Position numbers and translations under genes: made by a program. From Nageia nagi (lineage: Eukaryota; Plantae; Pinophyta), in NCBI GenBank assembly GCA_050084985.1, contig JBITNC010000002.1, positions 30,008,001-30,072,000 on the forward strand: a DNA stretch of 64,000 nucleotides. The letters run 5' to 3'. Of this stretch, positions 50,590 to 64,000 are shown piece by piece (within the stretch, counting starts at the first letter, position 1; each line of letters begins with the position of its first letter). Below the pieces are notes generated by a model. It made no database searches, was not told the DNA's origin, and was given only the letters and a program-made list of their open reading frames with translations.

Positions 50590-53500
50590 GTGGTGGGGAA
50601 CAGTTCTCTTGCTCCAGATCTTCTTTGCAAGAAGAGTTACAGGGATGGTTTTCATCAGTTTAAATACCATCTAGCAATGATATCCGATCAATGTGCAGGG
50701 CTTTGTGAAGTTGTGGTCCTTGAGGTCACTTGCATGATGCACCTTACTTGCTTCCAAGGCAGAGAAGGTAGGAAAAAAGAGAACTAGGGTTGTAGTCAAT
50801 ATCACCATCACAGTCTATTCTTTGCCCACACATTTGGTCTTCAGGTGGTCATAGCATAGAGAGGTGCAATGTGATAGAGGGTCTCTTTTTTTTTTCTCAT
50901 GGAGAGGCACAATCTTCCTTTGAAACTACAACATGGGGAAGGATAAGACCAATGCAGCTCGAACTGCACTTCCAAACTTTTTATACTATTGCAATGTTCT
51001 TTTTAATGTTTCAAATAGTTCTTATCTAGAGGCCATGGTGACAACATTCGCCGTAGTTGGTAGAGGGAAGAAGTCCCCTAGTGCAAAGAATGTGAAAGGT
51101 CCTTTGCTTGAGGATGTTGCTACTCACACATGCACCTTAGTAGAGGAGTAGAAGAAGGTTTGACAATTGACACAAACATGAATGGGACATTGTGTTTGAT
51201 GGGTGGACAGATGCAAGGAATTGAACACTCATCAACTTTTTAATGGCTTAAGTGGATCAACGGTCTACTCGAAGTTGGTTGATGCCTCTCGAGAGTTGAA
51301 AAATACATAGCTTATTTTCACATCGTTGGAGGAGGTGGTGGTAGAAGGGGGTGTTGAGAATGTTGTCCAAGTAGTGACAAACAACACCATAGGATATGTA
51401 GGTTCTTGATAAGAGAGCACATTGGTGGTAAGGAGATTATTCGCGTGGGACCCACTCCATTTGCCTCTAACTTCATTGCGTTGCAGAGCCTTCAAGTTGC
51501 TGAAACTCCTCTTAAGAGGATGTTTGTGAGTGAACCGTGCATGGGATCACCTTTTCACAACAAGGAGGATGGGGAGAAAGTTGTCAAGATAGCATTTGAC
51601 GGCTTTTCTTGGAAGGGCGTTGAGGAGATTATGAAGGTAATTTAAACGTGTCCAGTTATTTTTTTTTTCAATTTTTAGTTTTTAATTTGTAAATCTAATT
51701 TCTAACTTATTTATTTTTGTAATGATTTTTAGGTGACAAAACCTTTGGTCAAGGTTGTTCACTTTGTAGATGGCAAACATATGTCAATGGGTGTAATATT
51801 TGAAAATTTAGGCGTTCCATTTTCTCTTGCTACTTGAAGTGAGATGCCCCTCTTCATTGTAAATTTTTAGTACTTAGAGCTATTTTTTGGTATTTATTTG
51901 TAATTTCTGGTGTTGGTGGGACATATTTAAATAATATTTTGGCCCTATGATGATGTGCGCCTAACGCTTGGGGTGCAAAAATGTAATTAATTGAACACAC
52001 AAGGTGTACGCCCCTCTTTTAGGGGTGTTAGAGTGATTTTAATTAGACTAGGTGTCTTTTATATTTTAATAAGTGTGGGCCACATTTTGTAACTTGGGAA
52101 TCTAATTTACCTCTCCAAGGGTGGACGCCTGACTAGGTGAAATAATTATGATTCTAGGAGTGATTTTATGTTTTCTACATTGGGTCGGCTAGCCAAAGAT
52201 GCTTTATAATTTCCCCTAGCTCACTATAAAAGGGAGGAGGTGCACACCATATGAGGATCATCTATCATTTATCAATTATTGACTTTGGTCAACCTTTTTG
52301 GAGCATGTGGTTGGATTAATTGTTCCTCTTTCCTCTTACAGATGAAAACCCCAAGAGTGTTGCCATCTTGAGGACAGAAACCCTCAAGGTGTGAATTTAG
52401 GCCATGGTGCCTTTTACATCAAAAAATTAGCCTCGAATCTACATCGGAAGCCTTGGAGCTTAATTTGCAGTTTCGAGTGAAGACACATACAATTCATCCT
52501 ACTTTGAAGGTGGGAGTGATGATCGTGGAATCCCAACTTGGCCCTAGGAGTGAGACGTCAAGCTTGAGGAGACAATTTGTGGCTACTTCGAGGACTTCAC
52601 AGTGGTGTTCTTAGCCCCTTAGTGGGATGTCACCCCTTTGGAGTGATGTTTGTGCTCCTTGAGGATTCTATCTTGGTTCGTCATTATAATCTGAGACTAT
52701 TGGTATTTAACTCAGTTTTCGTGTCTCATTTACTTGTTCAAAATTTGGAATATTTATGCTTGAGTTGGACGCATGGTGTATTTTGCCCTAATTTTAATAT
52801 TTTGAGCACTTTCATGGTTCATCCCATTTTTGTGAGCAATTTGGTGCTTTTTGAATTAATTTCAATTCCTTTATAACCTAGGGCATTAGTTTTTGTAATT
52901 TTGAGAATTTACTAAATTTCAGAGTAATAATGAAAAATTGGATTTTACTATTTTTGCTATAAATCTTTCTTGCCCTAGTTTGGAATATTTCAACGGGCTA
53001 CCTATATTAGGCCATCGGTAGGTCAAAGGAAGCCATTGAAATTGTTTTTCATGAAGACAAGCACAAATTTGATCCCTTTGGCATATCATTGATAAGAGAT
53101 GGGCTAAGCGACTCCATTAACCCTTACTTGCAACAAGCTTTTACTTGAAACCCAAGTTTTTTTCCAATGATACATTTAAGCTTAATGAAGAGGTTATGGA
53201 TGGCCTCTACCCTTGCATAGAGAGAATGGTGCTTGAGAATCACCTTAAACCTAATTCTTGATGAGTTGTAGGCCTACGAAAAAGCCGAGGGTAGGTTTCC
53301 TCCTCCTATTTTTTGTATTCGGTCAAGGACAACCTTGCGGCCAAGTAGCTCTTTAAAATTAGATAAAAATAGTTTTTTTTATAACTTAGATAATGTAGAA
53401 TCTAGATTAAGTTTCTAAAATGTGATTTTTTGTAGAGGCTAGCAATTCATATTTTGAGTTAGCTTTGCAGCACTTTAAGGTGTGAGCACAATCGGTTACT

Positions 53501-54064
53501 ATTTGAGAGCATACACACCAAGAAAAGCATCAAGTTGAGCCAAGAGTGCCTTAATGAACTTGTGTTCGTATAATACAATCCTCACTTTCATGTCAAATAA
53601 GTGGAGGGGACAAAGTCACATGATGCCATCAACCTTGATAGGATGGATCCACTAGTAGATTGGGTTGTTGACAATGTGGTACCCATGTGCACTTAGGAGG
53701 AAATTGAGGAATTTGAGAGGGATGTGGTAGAAGGTGCAACAACTGGAGTTGGTATAAAGTGCCAAGAATTTGAAGATATACTTAAGGTTTAGTTTGAGGT
53801 TGAGGATCCATCACTTCTATGTCCATCCAATTTGAGAACATACTTGAGTTGAAGGGAAAGAAGAAAGTAGCTAGAAATACTTTAGAGTTTAGTTTGTTGT
53901 ATTTTTGATGATCATTGATGATCATAAACTATTTTAATCATTAACTACTTCAGAGTTCAAATATTTTTTTGTTGTTTTTTAAAGGTTTTTTTTACCAAAT
54001 TTTATGAGTATTGTCCCAAAATGGCCTTGCCGAGTACTCTTCGAGTTTGAGTTTTCCAACTATG
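50590..54064 (+). mobile_element. Decayed hAT transposon (BED finger remnant, DUF659-type core, C-terminal dimerisation domain)
   Basis: QFKYHLA, DGWTD...TLINF, NVVQVVTNN, GKEIIRVGPTPFASNFIALQSL, SMG|YLY and FESIHTKK...LVFV.YN motifs. Right end ...ttttccaactatg at 54064. The left end was not found. Confidence 0.85.
51792..52992 (+). mobile_element. Solo LTR inserted in the hAT transposase
   Basis: TGTAAT...TTTCA ends, TSD atggg/acggg. Removing it restores the MGYLY motif. Confidence 0.85.
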
Positions 54065-54380
54065 GTCCAAATTCCTAATCAATTTTGCTAGTTTAAGTTA
54101 CCATAAATATTTATTAAAATAAAATTCAAATTCCTAAAAAGGCGACTTGCTTTTATAGCTAGCCAGGATCTTGATTTTTGAATGGTATTGCAATGCATCC
54201 TATTTGGATTCCAACATCTTAGGGATTCCTCCTGAGGCAATTCTTGAATCTACTACATCTCATGGACAATTGGGTTAGTGTTTTTGAATGATCCTTCCAA
54301 TTTCTTCATTGGCCATTATAGTTTTGTTGGTATGTTTTTCTTTCCTTGCCCAAAACTTGCACAAGACTTGGAGGAAACAA

Positions 54381-57300
54381 TGTAACGTGTTTTCGCCTAA
54401 AGGGACTGGTTACCCCAAGCGCTCACATGGAATATGGTCCAAGGCACAATGATCAAAGATGCATGTTGTTAACCGTATACAAGGGAAATATACTATCGGG
54501 GTTCGTTTTCCACAATGAGGAAAGACTGTAAATGTGAACGAAAGTGAAGAAAGATCACAAATGCAGGGATAAATGCATAGGAATATAAAGAACGATGAAC
54601 TTATGAAGATATCACCAGTGATGCAGTGTCTCAGTAGGTCATCTCCGGATTCATTAAGGAAAGTGTATTCACTATCAAGTCGGGCAACAAATAGCAATAT
54701 GCGCTCAAATTGCTACTAGACAAGAGCAGGAAGTTGTAGGGTCTTAGTGGAAGACTCAATGGAACGAGGGTAAATGAAGTGAGGGCATGAATACACAGGC
54801 CTAACTGAATGACATAGAGACAAGCTATACACCCTAGAATATGTTCACTTGCGTGCAAACCATGCAATGAATAGCTTAAACCACTTCAATAAATATTCAA
54901 TATGCAACTTCAAGAGGAAAACTATTCAAACTAGAGTAACATGCATGATCCCACAAATGACAATCTCCACAATATTTGCTTTATAACCCTATTCCTGAAA
55001 GAAATCCATTCATAATGATATTCAATGGCATAATATTCATAGGACCCCTTGTGTAGCGAACCTTTATGCAGTGGAATGCTGAAATCTTTCGGATGCAAAT
55101 TCACATATATGCAAAATCTTTACAGATAGGCAATAGTTTGTAGAAATGGCATATATGTTATATTCTTCAGCTTTGCAAATGCAAAAGTCCTCAATTTTTA
55201 CAAATGCAAAGCCTTACGTATGCAACAACCCAAACATATGTAAAAATCTTGTTACATGCATCCAAAATGTAGAAATCCTCAATTATAGTAGGTGCAATAG
55301 TCGCAAAATTCCTTATATATGCAAAAGCTTGTTACAGGCATCCCAAAATGTAATGATCCTCAATATGCAAAGATCCTATGACGTGCATCCAAATGTAAAA
55401 ATCCCTTTCTAAATGGCCTTAATGGGATATAAATAGGCCATTAGAAGTGTTTCGCTAAAGGCATCAAATCCGATATGGTGTGCACACATGCAACACGCAT
55501 ATCGATACAAAATCAGATTGTTCACATAAAACGATGCAAGTGGCACTTAAAAACTGACAAAATATTACTGCCACTACCAAGATGCATTTAATCTACCTCT
55601 AAAGTATGCAAAATAAAATTAGATATGCAGTAAAAGTCTAACATCTAAACCGGCGGGAGCAAAACCTCATCCCTGCATCGATCAGAGTCATAAATGAGTC
55701 TGACAGATTTGATTTGGTGGGAGCAAAACCATATCCCTTCACAAGTAAAATCAAGTAAATGAAGTCTGACAAATAACAACCGTAATCAAATTGCATTAAA
55801 AAAAAGAAAGATTATCGTAGACAGAATGTGTGAGTGGATTGGATCTCGGCCAGATTTGATCCGGTACTGGCGGAGTTTCACTCCTCATTGGTGAGATCGT
55901 GCGACTCAATGGTCTCCTCCAAGAACGCCACGATTTTCGTACACCCCTAGAGATCATGCCATCAATGTTGCCGTTTTGCAAAAAATAGTCCCCTATCCAC
56001 CTGGATGCAGCTTGCATTTGGTATCTCCAGATGATCATCTGTCTCTCATGGACAATGAGATGCCCTGCCTTCAACAAACTGAGGTCATCGACATCTAGAT
56101 ACTCCTGGATTAAATTTTGGGCTTCAGCCAATACTGCCTCTTTTCTCTTCACGTTGTTATCCTCCCCCTGGAACTTGAGCTAGTAGACATATTTACTCAT
56201 CTGCTTTTTGACTTCCTTCCTCAAGGGGATTTTCAATTTCAAAACGACATTGCACTTTTCAAATGCATGCTTCAGCCATTCGTGATGATATATAAACTCG
56301 TGGCAGTAGACCAGCTTCTTAGGCTTGTTAGTGAAAATTTGCTGTAGATAGGTGAGGTTTGGAAGGTAACCATCCAACTTATCGAGGTGTGCTGTGAATT
56401 TGAGAAGACAACTTCTCAATGGTTTCCATCATTTCCTTCTTCAACTGCTCCTTCATCAGCTCCCATCCTTCATGGAACGAGGCCTACTTCTTCAGATCAA
56501 GAGGGGTGGTACTGATATTTTGGAACTCCTTGAAAATCTTCCTCTGGCCGTGAGTTCCTTCTTTAGCCTCTTCACCTCTTTTTTGGCTTCATAACCCTCT
56601 TGTTCCATGATTGTAGCGTTCTAAGTAACTATGTGTTTGCGGGCTGTTAGTCTGAACTTTACAAGCATCTTAAACGTCTCAATCACATGGTACTTTGCCC
56701 TTTGAGGATGCTTCTTCTTTGAATAACAATGACTAATGGAGATCTCTTTTCGGGAGGTGGAGACAAATGTATCAACTCTTTTGACCTTCTCACCATCGGA
56801 AAGCTCCTCTTCTTCATCCTCAGAATGTAGATCCTGGTCTATCTCCTGATCATGAGCCATACTCATGCTGAGGGCTTTAAGGCAGGCATCTAGGTCAAGC
56901 TCTGGATGTTCGGTTGCTGGCTGGGGAGGAAGCCTCTACACCAACAATCAACCTTTGCTAACCTTCTTGACCTCTTTGGTAGGGGTAGTTTGAACAAGGG
57001 CGACTTCCTTACCTTGGTGTTCATCCTGCTTTCTCTTCTTCTTCTGCTCTTCAGTCTCCCCTTTGTCTTCTTCATCTCCTCCATTGCCACCAATTGATAT
57101 GCCTTTGTTTCGGGGTTGAGGGGATCTTTCATGGCTGGTCCTCTTCACAGAGGGCTTTTGGGAAGATGAGGGTGACGTCTTTCTATGCTCGGTAGGAGAG
57201 GGCTTGGAGTCATCCACCTCTTTGGTGCACTTTACTCCGACAACTTGGACCTCATCATCATAGGTCCCAATGTCCACCATCTCATCATCATCTGGGAGAG

Positions 57301-60300
57301 TTTCAATCTCCGTCTCATCAGGTGCGGAAGCACGTACAACTACATTGTCTTGCTCAGGGTACTGCTCATCATCATCATCATCATCTCTTCTTCTTCACCA
57401 TGGTTGTCATCATCGTTCTGACTCTGTCTCTTCCTCAGAGTCTTCTACTGTACGATCGGGTTCTTCATCAGTTTTTCATTGGAAGAAGTGGAATGTTTAA
57501 AAGAACTGGAACTTGGTTGTAACGGGGGAACTTTTTCTCCACATTTAGGAGGACAAGTGGGTCTGGAAGGAATATGTTTGGTGGGTGAATCATCGGCACA
57601 TGCTCCCTCCAGCATCCTCAAGGGGACAATGCTATAGCTAGCATCTCTCAAATCGACCATCACTACATTGTGTTTGCTAGAGTTTGGGGTGTGCTCCCTG
57701 AAGCTCCTTGTTTTTTCCTAGCAGGAAGCAAGGGCACTCTGTCTTGTGCAGGATTGGCAGAAGGAGGAAACGTCTTGATCCTAAGTGGGATCTCTTTAGA
57801 TCTAGCTTTGACAGCTTGGGGTCTTTGAGGTGGCCTTTCTGCCTGGAGGGGGATCTTCTTTTGGTTCGAAAGGGCATCTATCCTCACAATATCCTCCTCA
57901 TTTTGCACATTTCGATACTTCGCCACATTCCCTAAAGATTTATGTTAGTAAGTGATAGGGAATGTGGTGCTATAGAAATGAGCAATCACACCTCTGAGAT
58001 CATAGTTTCTAGCTGCCATCTCTTTGAAGAAGACATACGACTGCAACTCTTTCTTCATATTATTGGCCTCAACCCACGTCTGACAAACATAACTTGCAAT
58101 TGAGATGGGCAAGTTGATGGTTGCGTCCTTCTTTCTCCAAACTCTTTCTTTCAAAAACAACAACTGTCTAGCAAATTCCATGAGAATGAGCCTGTCACTA
58201 GCATATCTGGGCAAGAGTAGGGGTTGCTCTTTGGAGCCATAGACTCTGATAAAAGTATGATCAACATAATGCAGATAGAAATCTACATGTACACTGTGTA
58301 ATGATCCAAAATGGATCTCAAACCAAATATCAGTAAACAATGATCAAATACACTAACTAGGGCTTCCAAACCCCTTAACAATGTATCCACAATACTAACG
58401 TTGGGCCTCTAGGGAACCAAACATACATACAATGCTGATGTCAGCCCTCCAAGGCTTCCAAACTCACTACACCCCCAACAAATGCTCACAATGATGATTA
58501 TACCAGTTCACAACATCAACGATGACCACAATATGGAAAACCAACATAAACAAATACCACAAACACCACAACAATGCCACAAGAACAAAATTGACAACAC
58601 AAACTGAGATCCAGTGCCCAATGGCTTGTGTTATGATAGAAAATGGACAACAATACAAGATCCTACTCAAAGAGCTTGACTTTGGCCTCATAGGAGCCAA
58701 TTAGAGCACAAAAATATGAAACTTCACTACAATCTACCGAACCACAGGAGTAGATCCACCCCCTTAGACCTTGATTCCTCTCCACTGAAGGAGCCCTCCT
58801 CGAACCCTAGCGACCAACTGAATGGTAGAGATGTATCCTTGGAATGCCACTGGAATGGGTGACCCACTAAAGCCGTAGATAGTCAGGGATTCCAACGCCT
58901 TCCTACCCTTTAGATGACCTGCCTAGGATGTGTTGCTTAGCATTGCTAAGTCTTCTGCCTAAAGGTTTGGTATCAAGAAATATAATCAATAGTCTAACCT
59001 GGCAATGAGGCCCTCATGTCTATTTATACTTTCCTTATGTTTGAAGCTCATCTCGAAATCATCCCAAGCCCCTTTTAATCCAACATTGGGGTCAAGATGG
59101 TAAAACCAACCAACATGGGGGTCACAAAGGCCCTTTATGTTGACGTGGGGTCCATAATGGCCCAAATAGCTGATGTGGGGGTCCTGGGTGCTCAAGTGCC
59201 AATGTGGGGGTATGGGACCGTCCCCAACGCTGTACAAACATGTTGAAGTCCGTCCAACCCATAAATACATACATAGACATCGGGATTCCCACAATTCGGG
59301 ATCTCCGTACAACTCACAAACCAAAACTACTACTTAGGAGGGAGATGTCCCACTTGGGGCTCACAGTGGGGTCCATGGGATCCATTATAATTCTTGTCCT
59401 GAGTTACAATGAAGTACATGAAAACACACTAAACTGATATATTACAAGATGACCCGATGGGTCCCATTACAAATTTAAGGGGAATGTTACACACTGATGG
59501 CCTGAATGGCAGCATAAGAAATCCTCTTTACCACTAATTCCCCTTTGATGTCTTTATAGATGGAGTACTCCTACTGATTATTCCTCTTATAGAAATGCTG
59601 AAACTTGTTGTGATACCACCACTTCGGGTAAATCCGCCACACAGGAGTCCCTTTTTGGCTCAAATATCTTTCGTCTGCAAGCTCTTTGGATTTGAGCTTG
59701 CCATGTAATAATAGGTACACAAGATAGGAGTTCATATAAAATCTTTTCGAATAGCCAAAGTAAGCCATCTGGTGGCGCAGGGCATCACTGATCACCCTAC
59801 TCCATCTGACAGCTCTCCCCGAACTAATTATTGCAATGAATCTAGTAAACTGCTTCCTATATTTAGAGTCATTCTCTTGACCTGTGACTCTGGAAAACAA
59901 AGTGATCAAGTTAGCCATTGTAGGCAGGAATTCCTCCCATGGGCATTGACCAATCTCTCTCCTTGAATGTTCTGGTAATCCTCATAAAGCCACGTTCTAA
60001 TATAGTCCCCAAGCCGAGCAGTGGAATCATGGAATTTTTCTGAATTGGACAGTGTATAATCATCCTTGTATCTTTTCCAGCCAAAGGTTGCTTCAATTTC
60101 TTCGGGGTTGAAGTCCATCATCACATTCCCCTCTATGTCTAGGAGGACTCTCTTGTCGAATTTACATCTCTTGGCTACCTTGTAGCACAAGTCAGGAAAT
60201 GGAATTGCAAAAAGCATCATGGTGGCATTGAACAAACCACATGTATGGATGAGTTCATTTGATAGGTCCTCCTTGCTGATGGAGGTAGTGGAGGCTATGG

Positions 60301-62475
60301 TTTGGATGAGATCAACATTTCCCTAGTTTGTCTCCAACGAAGACGTATCTCCCGTTGAATTTGGCTTCAGGGAGCTCTGGTCTTTCTCTTTCTTGAAACT
60401 CTATCCAAATCTCTCTCAAGGGCCTTGTCATCTGATCTTTGGTTACACGCCTTTGAAAAAGTTGCCCTTGAGTCTTCTTGGCCTTTAATGGGGGCGGTCT
60501 TATTTTGGAAGTCATCTTTGAATTCTGAAAAATGTGCAGGAAAAGGACTGAAAATGGCTGGAAATGCCTCAGAAATTGACTAAGTATCAAACTGGATGCC
60601 TTAGAGGGTGCAGTAGAAAGGGACCAAACGTGCAGGTTTGGGCTGTAGGACATCCAACAAAAATGAATCAAGGCTGCCTTCTTTTATAGGAGATGCATGG
60701 AGGGTGTATGTATGGCAGGAGCATGTCTGCCAGTTGTCTTCTTCATTTCTCAACTCATGGCTTCTCACACTTAAGCAATTTCAACTTCTCACCCAGCGTG
60801 CACGGTTTTGGATGGGTGCTTTTTCACCATCTGGAAAACATGCGATTGGATCCTGGGTCACTTAGTCAAATTTTGGGGCCATAATTTCTCCTTGGAAGGT
60901 TGATTCACCACTTCACACCCGGGTGCATGGATTTGGGTGAGTGGAAAAGCATGTGCTGCAAAGCATGCGCCTCAGCTTCTTGGGCTCAAAATGAAATGCC
61001 TTAGTTAAAAAATGGTTAACTGGATGCGCAGGCAAGCCCTTGACCCTTTATTCCTCCCTGGTGCATCAATTCGAATGAGTGCTCAAGCATGTCCCTGAAA
61101 TGGTGTGACTGGGGACTTAGTGCAAATCTGAAATGAAGTCATGAAAATGACTAAGGGGTGACTTAGTATTTATAGTTTCCAAAGTTGCCATATGTCACCT
61201 CCTGGTTGGCTGGCATTGAGGTCAAATGGTGGAGATGGAATGAAGGGTGCATGGATTAAGAGGTGTGGAAAAGCATGTCCTAAAATGCATGCGCCTAAGG
61301 ACAAAAGACTTAGTCAATTTTCATACCCCTTAGAAGCTCTGTTTCCTAGTTGCACCCTTTGAAATGGGTGCAAAAGCATGCACCTGAAAGCATGCGCCTG
61401 GCCCTTTTCTTCTTGATTCCCAAACTTAGTCAATTTTACCCTTGGGCCAGGACATCTAGGATTGGGCGCACCAATTTGGGTTAGTGCCCAAGCATACACC
61501 AAATATGGTGCGATTGGGCTGGTGGCATGTTTCCCAATGTAGGAAATCCTTAAAATAATGAAAATGACTTAGGAAAATGCAATTTGAAATAGGGTGCATG
61601 TTTTAGGGGACGTGCTTTCGCTCCTTTACTCCATGCAGGGCTCCAAACTTAGCTATCCAAATTGATTAACTGAGGCTGACCTTCCTTTTATAGCCTTCCC
61701 CGACTGGATAGGTGTTACTTCGTGATTGGTGCAGGTGAAGGTCAAATGCATGTGGTCACACTTGTCAGCGTTTGGATACAACACTTAGCCAATTTTTACT
61801 TGTTGAAGTTGGGTGCACCGTTTAGGGAACATGCAAAAACATGTCCCTCAAAACATGCGCCTAAGCTGTTTTGTGTCTTGCTCGAAAAATGACTAAGTAT
61901 AGAGCTTCATTTTGCTTGGGCGCACTGTTTAGGGGACATGCAAAAGAATGTCCCTCAAAACTTGCACCTAGCTTTTTTCCTTTACAAACTTGATGACTTC
62001 AAAATATTCTAAGCATGGGACGTCTGCTTCCTTGATCGCATCATTTTGGGGACATGCAAAAGCATGTTTCTCAAAACATGCGACTAGGGGAAAAACATGT
62101 TTTTTCTTCAACAACTTGACCAGAATGACTTCTGAATGCAAATGCAACGAAGGGGTGTGAATTTTGCAGCATGTGGGACCTGAAAATGCAACTTTAATGG
62201 CCAAAAATGCAAGTCTGAACATCGAAAATGCAGCATGAAGGAGGGTGCACGTTTTAGGGGACGTGCAAAAGCATGTCCCTCAAAACATATGCCTAATGTA
62301 AAATGCCAATTTCTTACTAGCTTTCATCATGAAAGTGCAAATTTTGACATGTTTCCTCTAGCTGGACTAAGATGCATGCATTCTCTTAGACAAAATTTCT
62401 TCTATGCATTCATGTTTGATTTTACGAGGGTCCTCAAAAATGCAAAATTTTGGTGGGTGTTGTGCAGGCACAACA
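54381..62475 (-). mobile_element. Giant-LTR Gypsy-type family, copy C: LTR 62475 to 55966 with internal ORF (60515 to about 55990), PBS and 5' leader
   Basis: Minus strand starts TGTTGTG (62475) and reaches GGCAACA (55966), followed by TTGATGGCATGATCTCTAG. The leader at 54515-55950 is homologous to 41240-42375. The ORF is co-linear with copy A. Confidence 0.8.
58297..59491 (-). mobile_element. Solo LTR inserted in the copy-C ORF
   Basis: TGTAA...TTACA ends with perfect TSD cactg (58292-58296 and 59492-59496). Confidence 0.9.
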
Positions 62476-63609
62476 AGTTTCTTGTACACAGTATATTTGG
62501 ATTCTCTGTTTGACATAAAATTTTTGCTGATTGTTGTTTGGGAGGGGTTATCAGAGACCTGTTAGGCCCTTCACCCAGTTGTTCTCCTTTATCCTTATGA
62601 AATAATCCTACAATCTTAACCTACAAGCTGTCTTCCAGTCTGGATTTGACTTTTTTTTGGCCCTAAGTTGGGATTTTGAGGGTTTGCCTCTTCTTGCCTT
62701 TCCATTGGCAGGTATAGTTCTCACTGTCCTGTTTCTTACAATTCGTGTTTCCCCTGAACAGTAAGATTTCTTGAATCATCAAAAAGAGTAGTTATCTTGT
62801 CTAATTCGTTTTCCAATTCCTTGTCTTGCTTTTTGTTAAATTCATTTAGTACCACAGGCTGACATTTTAACTTGTTTGATTAATGTTGAAAGATGCATGG
62901 GATAGTGCTAGACTCTTCCGCTCGCTGGATGCAAAAAGCGAGCTTTTTGACTCTATATTCCAAGCATCTTAACTTATGAGAAGATTTTTTATTTAACCTG
63001 ACCAACAATCATAATTTCTCACATTTGAATTGTGGAACTGATAAGAACGAATTGCTGCTGGTGGAATTTGTCAGGCATACAATTTGAAGTTTTTTTCAAC
63101 AACTTGAAATTCACCAATTAAGGATAAATTATAAGTTAAATTCATTCACTCCCAAAATCTACAAGCAGCAAGGTCTGTTACTAATATGTATGACTCTGAA
63201 AGATTTATAAAGAGATAAACACAACAGAATTACACAAAGAAATAGAGAACAACACAACTTTTTCTACTGAATTTGTAAATGGACAACAAAATCATGAGCA
63301 TTCGTGGACTTTGTCGTACATGAACAAGCTGCTGCAATTGCGAAACAACACTACTGGAATGTTATACATGATCATTGGGTGAAAATCCTTAAATAATGAA
63401 TATCCATTAAAACCTTCATACTCGCACTATAAAGTATACATTGCTTGTTTTGAAATCCTATCAAATACACTTATATAACATTTACATGACTTGTTGACAA
63501 TTCAAGTATCTCAATCATTCATGCTCAACTAGTAACTGTTCTACTGTGTTCTAGATTCCGATCTAAGTTCGTTTTTCTTTTCCTTGAGCCTTTTTAGAAC
63601 TCTTAATAG

Positions 63610-63830
63610 CAAGGTTACATGGGATGTGCTTCTCCCCTTTCTTGGGCTGTTTCACATCCCCAACGGGGAAGTAGCTGAGGGGATGTTTCCCCAGCTATTC
63701 CTCTTTGGAGGACCCATTGGGAAGCGGCCAAGGTTTGGCTAGCTCAGTCAAAAAACGTCCTAGGAGCGTTTCTATTGTCTTTAGGGCGCTTCCAAAGCAG
63801 CCAGGAGCCCCAGACGTTCTGCTGTCATGA
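63610..63830. mobile_element. Possible fragment of a MITE related to 2864-3670
   Basis: Begins caaggttaca like 2864 and has similar gggga/tcccc subterminal motifs. The far end was not identified. Confidence 0.35.
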
Positions 63831-64000
63831 TTGCATTCAGATTGTTTGTTGATCTCTCACACTCTTTTCCTACATAAGAATACCCATCACCTCTACACTG
63901 CCCACTCCATCCACCATTGCTGCACTTTGTAAAGAGGGCCGGTCTCAATGAGGCTGTGTATGTGTTCCCTAATATTCATGACATCGTGGACTCCTCTGCA

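Noticed and set aside
54376-54390. TGTAAC at 54381 as the matching far terminus of copy C
   Set aside because: The flanks aacaa and agttt (62476-62480) are not a TSD. The LTR end fits 55966 better because a PBS follows.
57185-57935. Plus-strand His/Ser/Ile-rich ORFs
   Set aside because: They are antisense shadows of the acidic low-complexity part of the minus-strand LTR-borne ORF.
49694-64000. Further WDR92 exons (expected N.....ER...AGYDNGD.K)
   Set aside because: I found no matching exon, so intron 9 appears to extend past the window. A very short exon could have been missed.

Overview
Eukaryotic, AT-rich plant DNA, most consistent with a large-genome seed plant or fern that still makes flagellated sperm (a cycad or Ginkgo is my inference). 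One host gene runs through the window on the + strand: WDR92/DNAAF10, a WD40 axonemal-dynein assembly/R2TP co-chaperone. Its first nine coding exons (41-92 nt each, 520 nt in total) are spread over 1243-49693, and the rest of the gene lies beyond the window. The introns (about 12, 7.5, 26 and >14 kb) are filled with nested, decayed transposons: a Copia element, Gypsy fragments, five solo LTRs with 5-bp target-site duplications (TSDs; three perfect), an RTEX-like LINE, an L1 RNase H fragment, a hAT transposase, hAT MITEs and a MULE-like MITE. Two structures stand out. (1) A complete 7.2-kb LTR element (14343-21523, minus strand; tRNA-iMet primer-binding site (PBS), polypurine tract (PPT), TSD) has no gag-pol. 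Instead it carries an intronless, apparently once-continuous chimeric reading frame: PDS5 N-terminus, acidic linker, unknown domain, ATG2 N-terminal part. (2) Three copies of a Gypsy-type family have very long TGTTG...CAACA LTRs that appear to contain a >1000-codon ORF in U3, with its own TATA box. All protein assignments come from motifs I recognised by eye; no database search was run.
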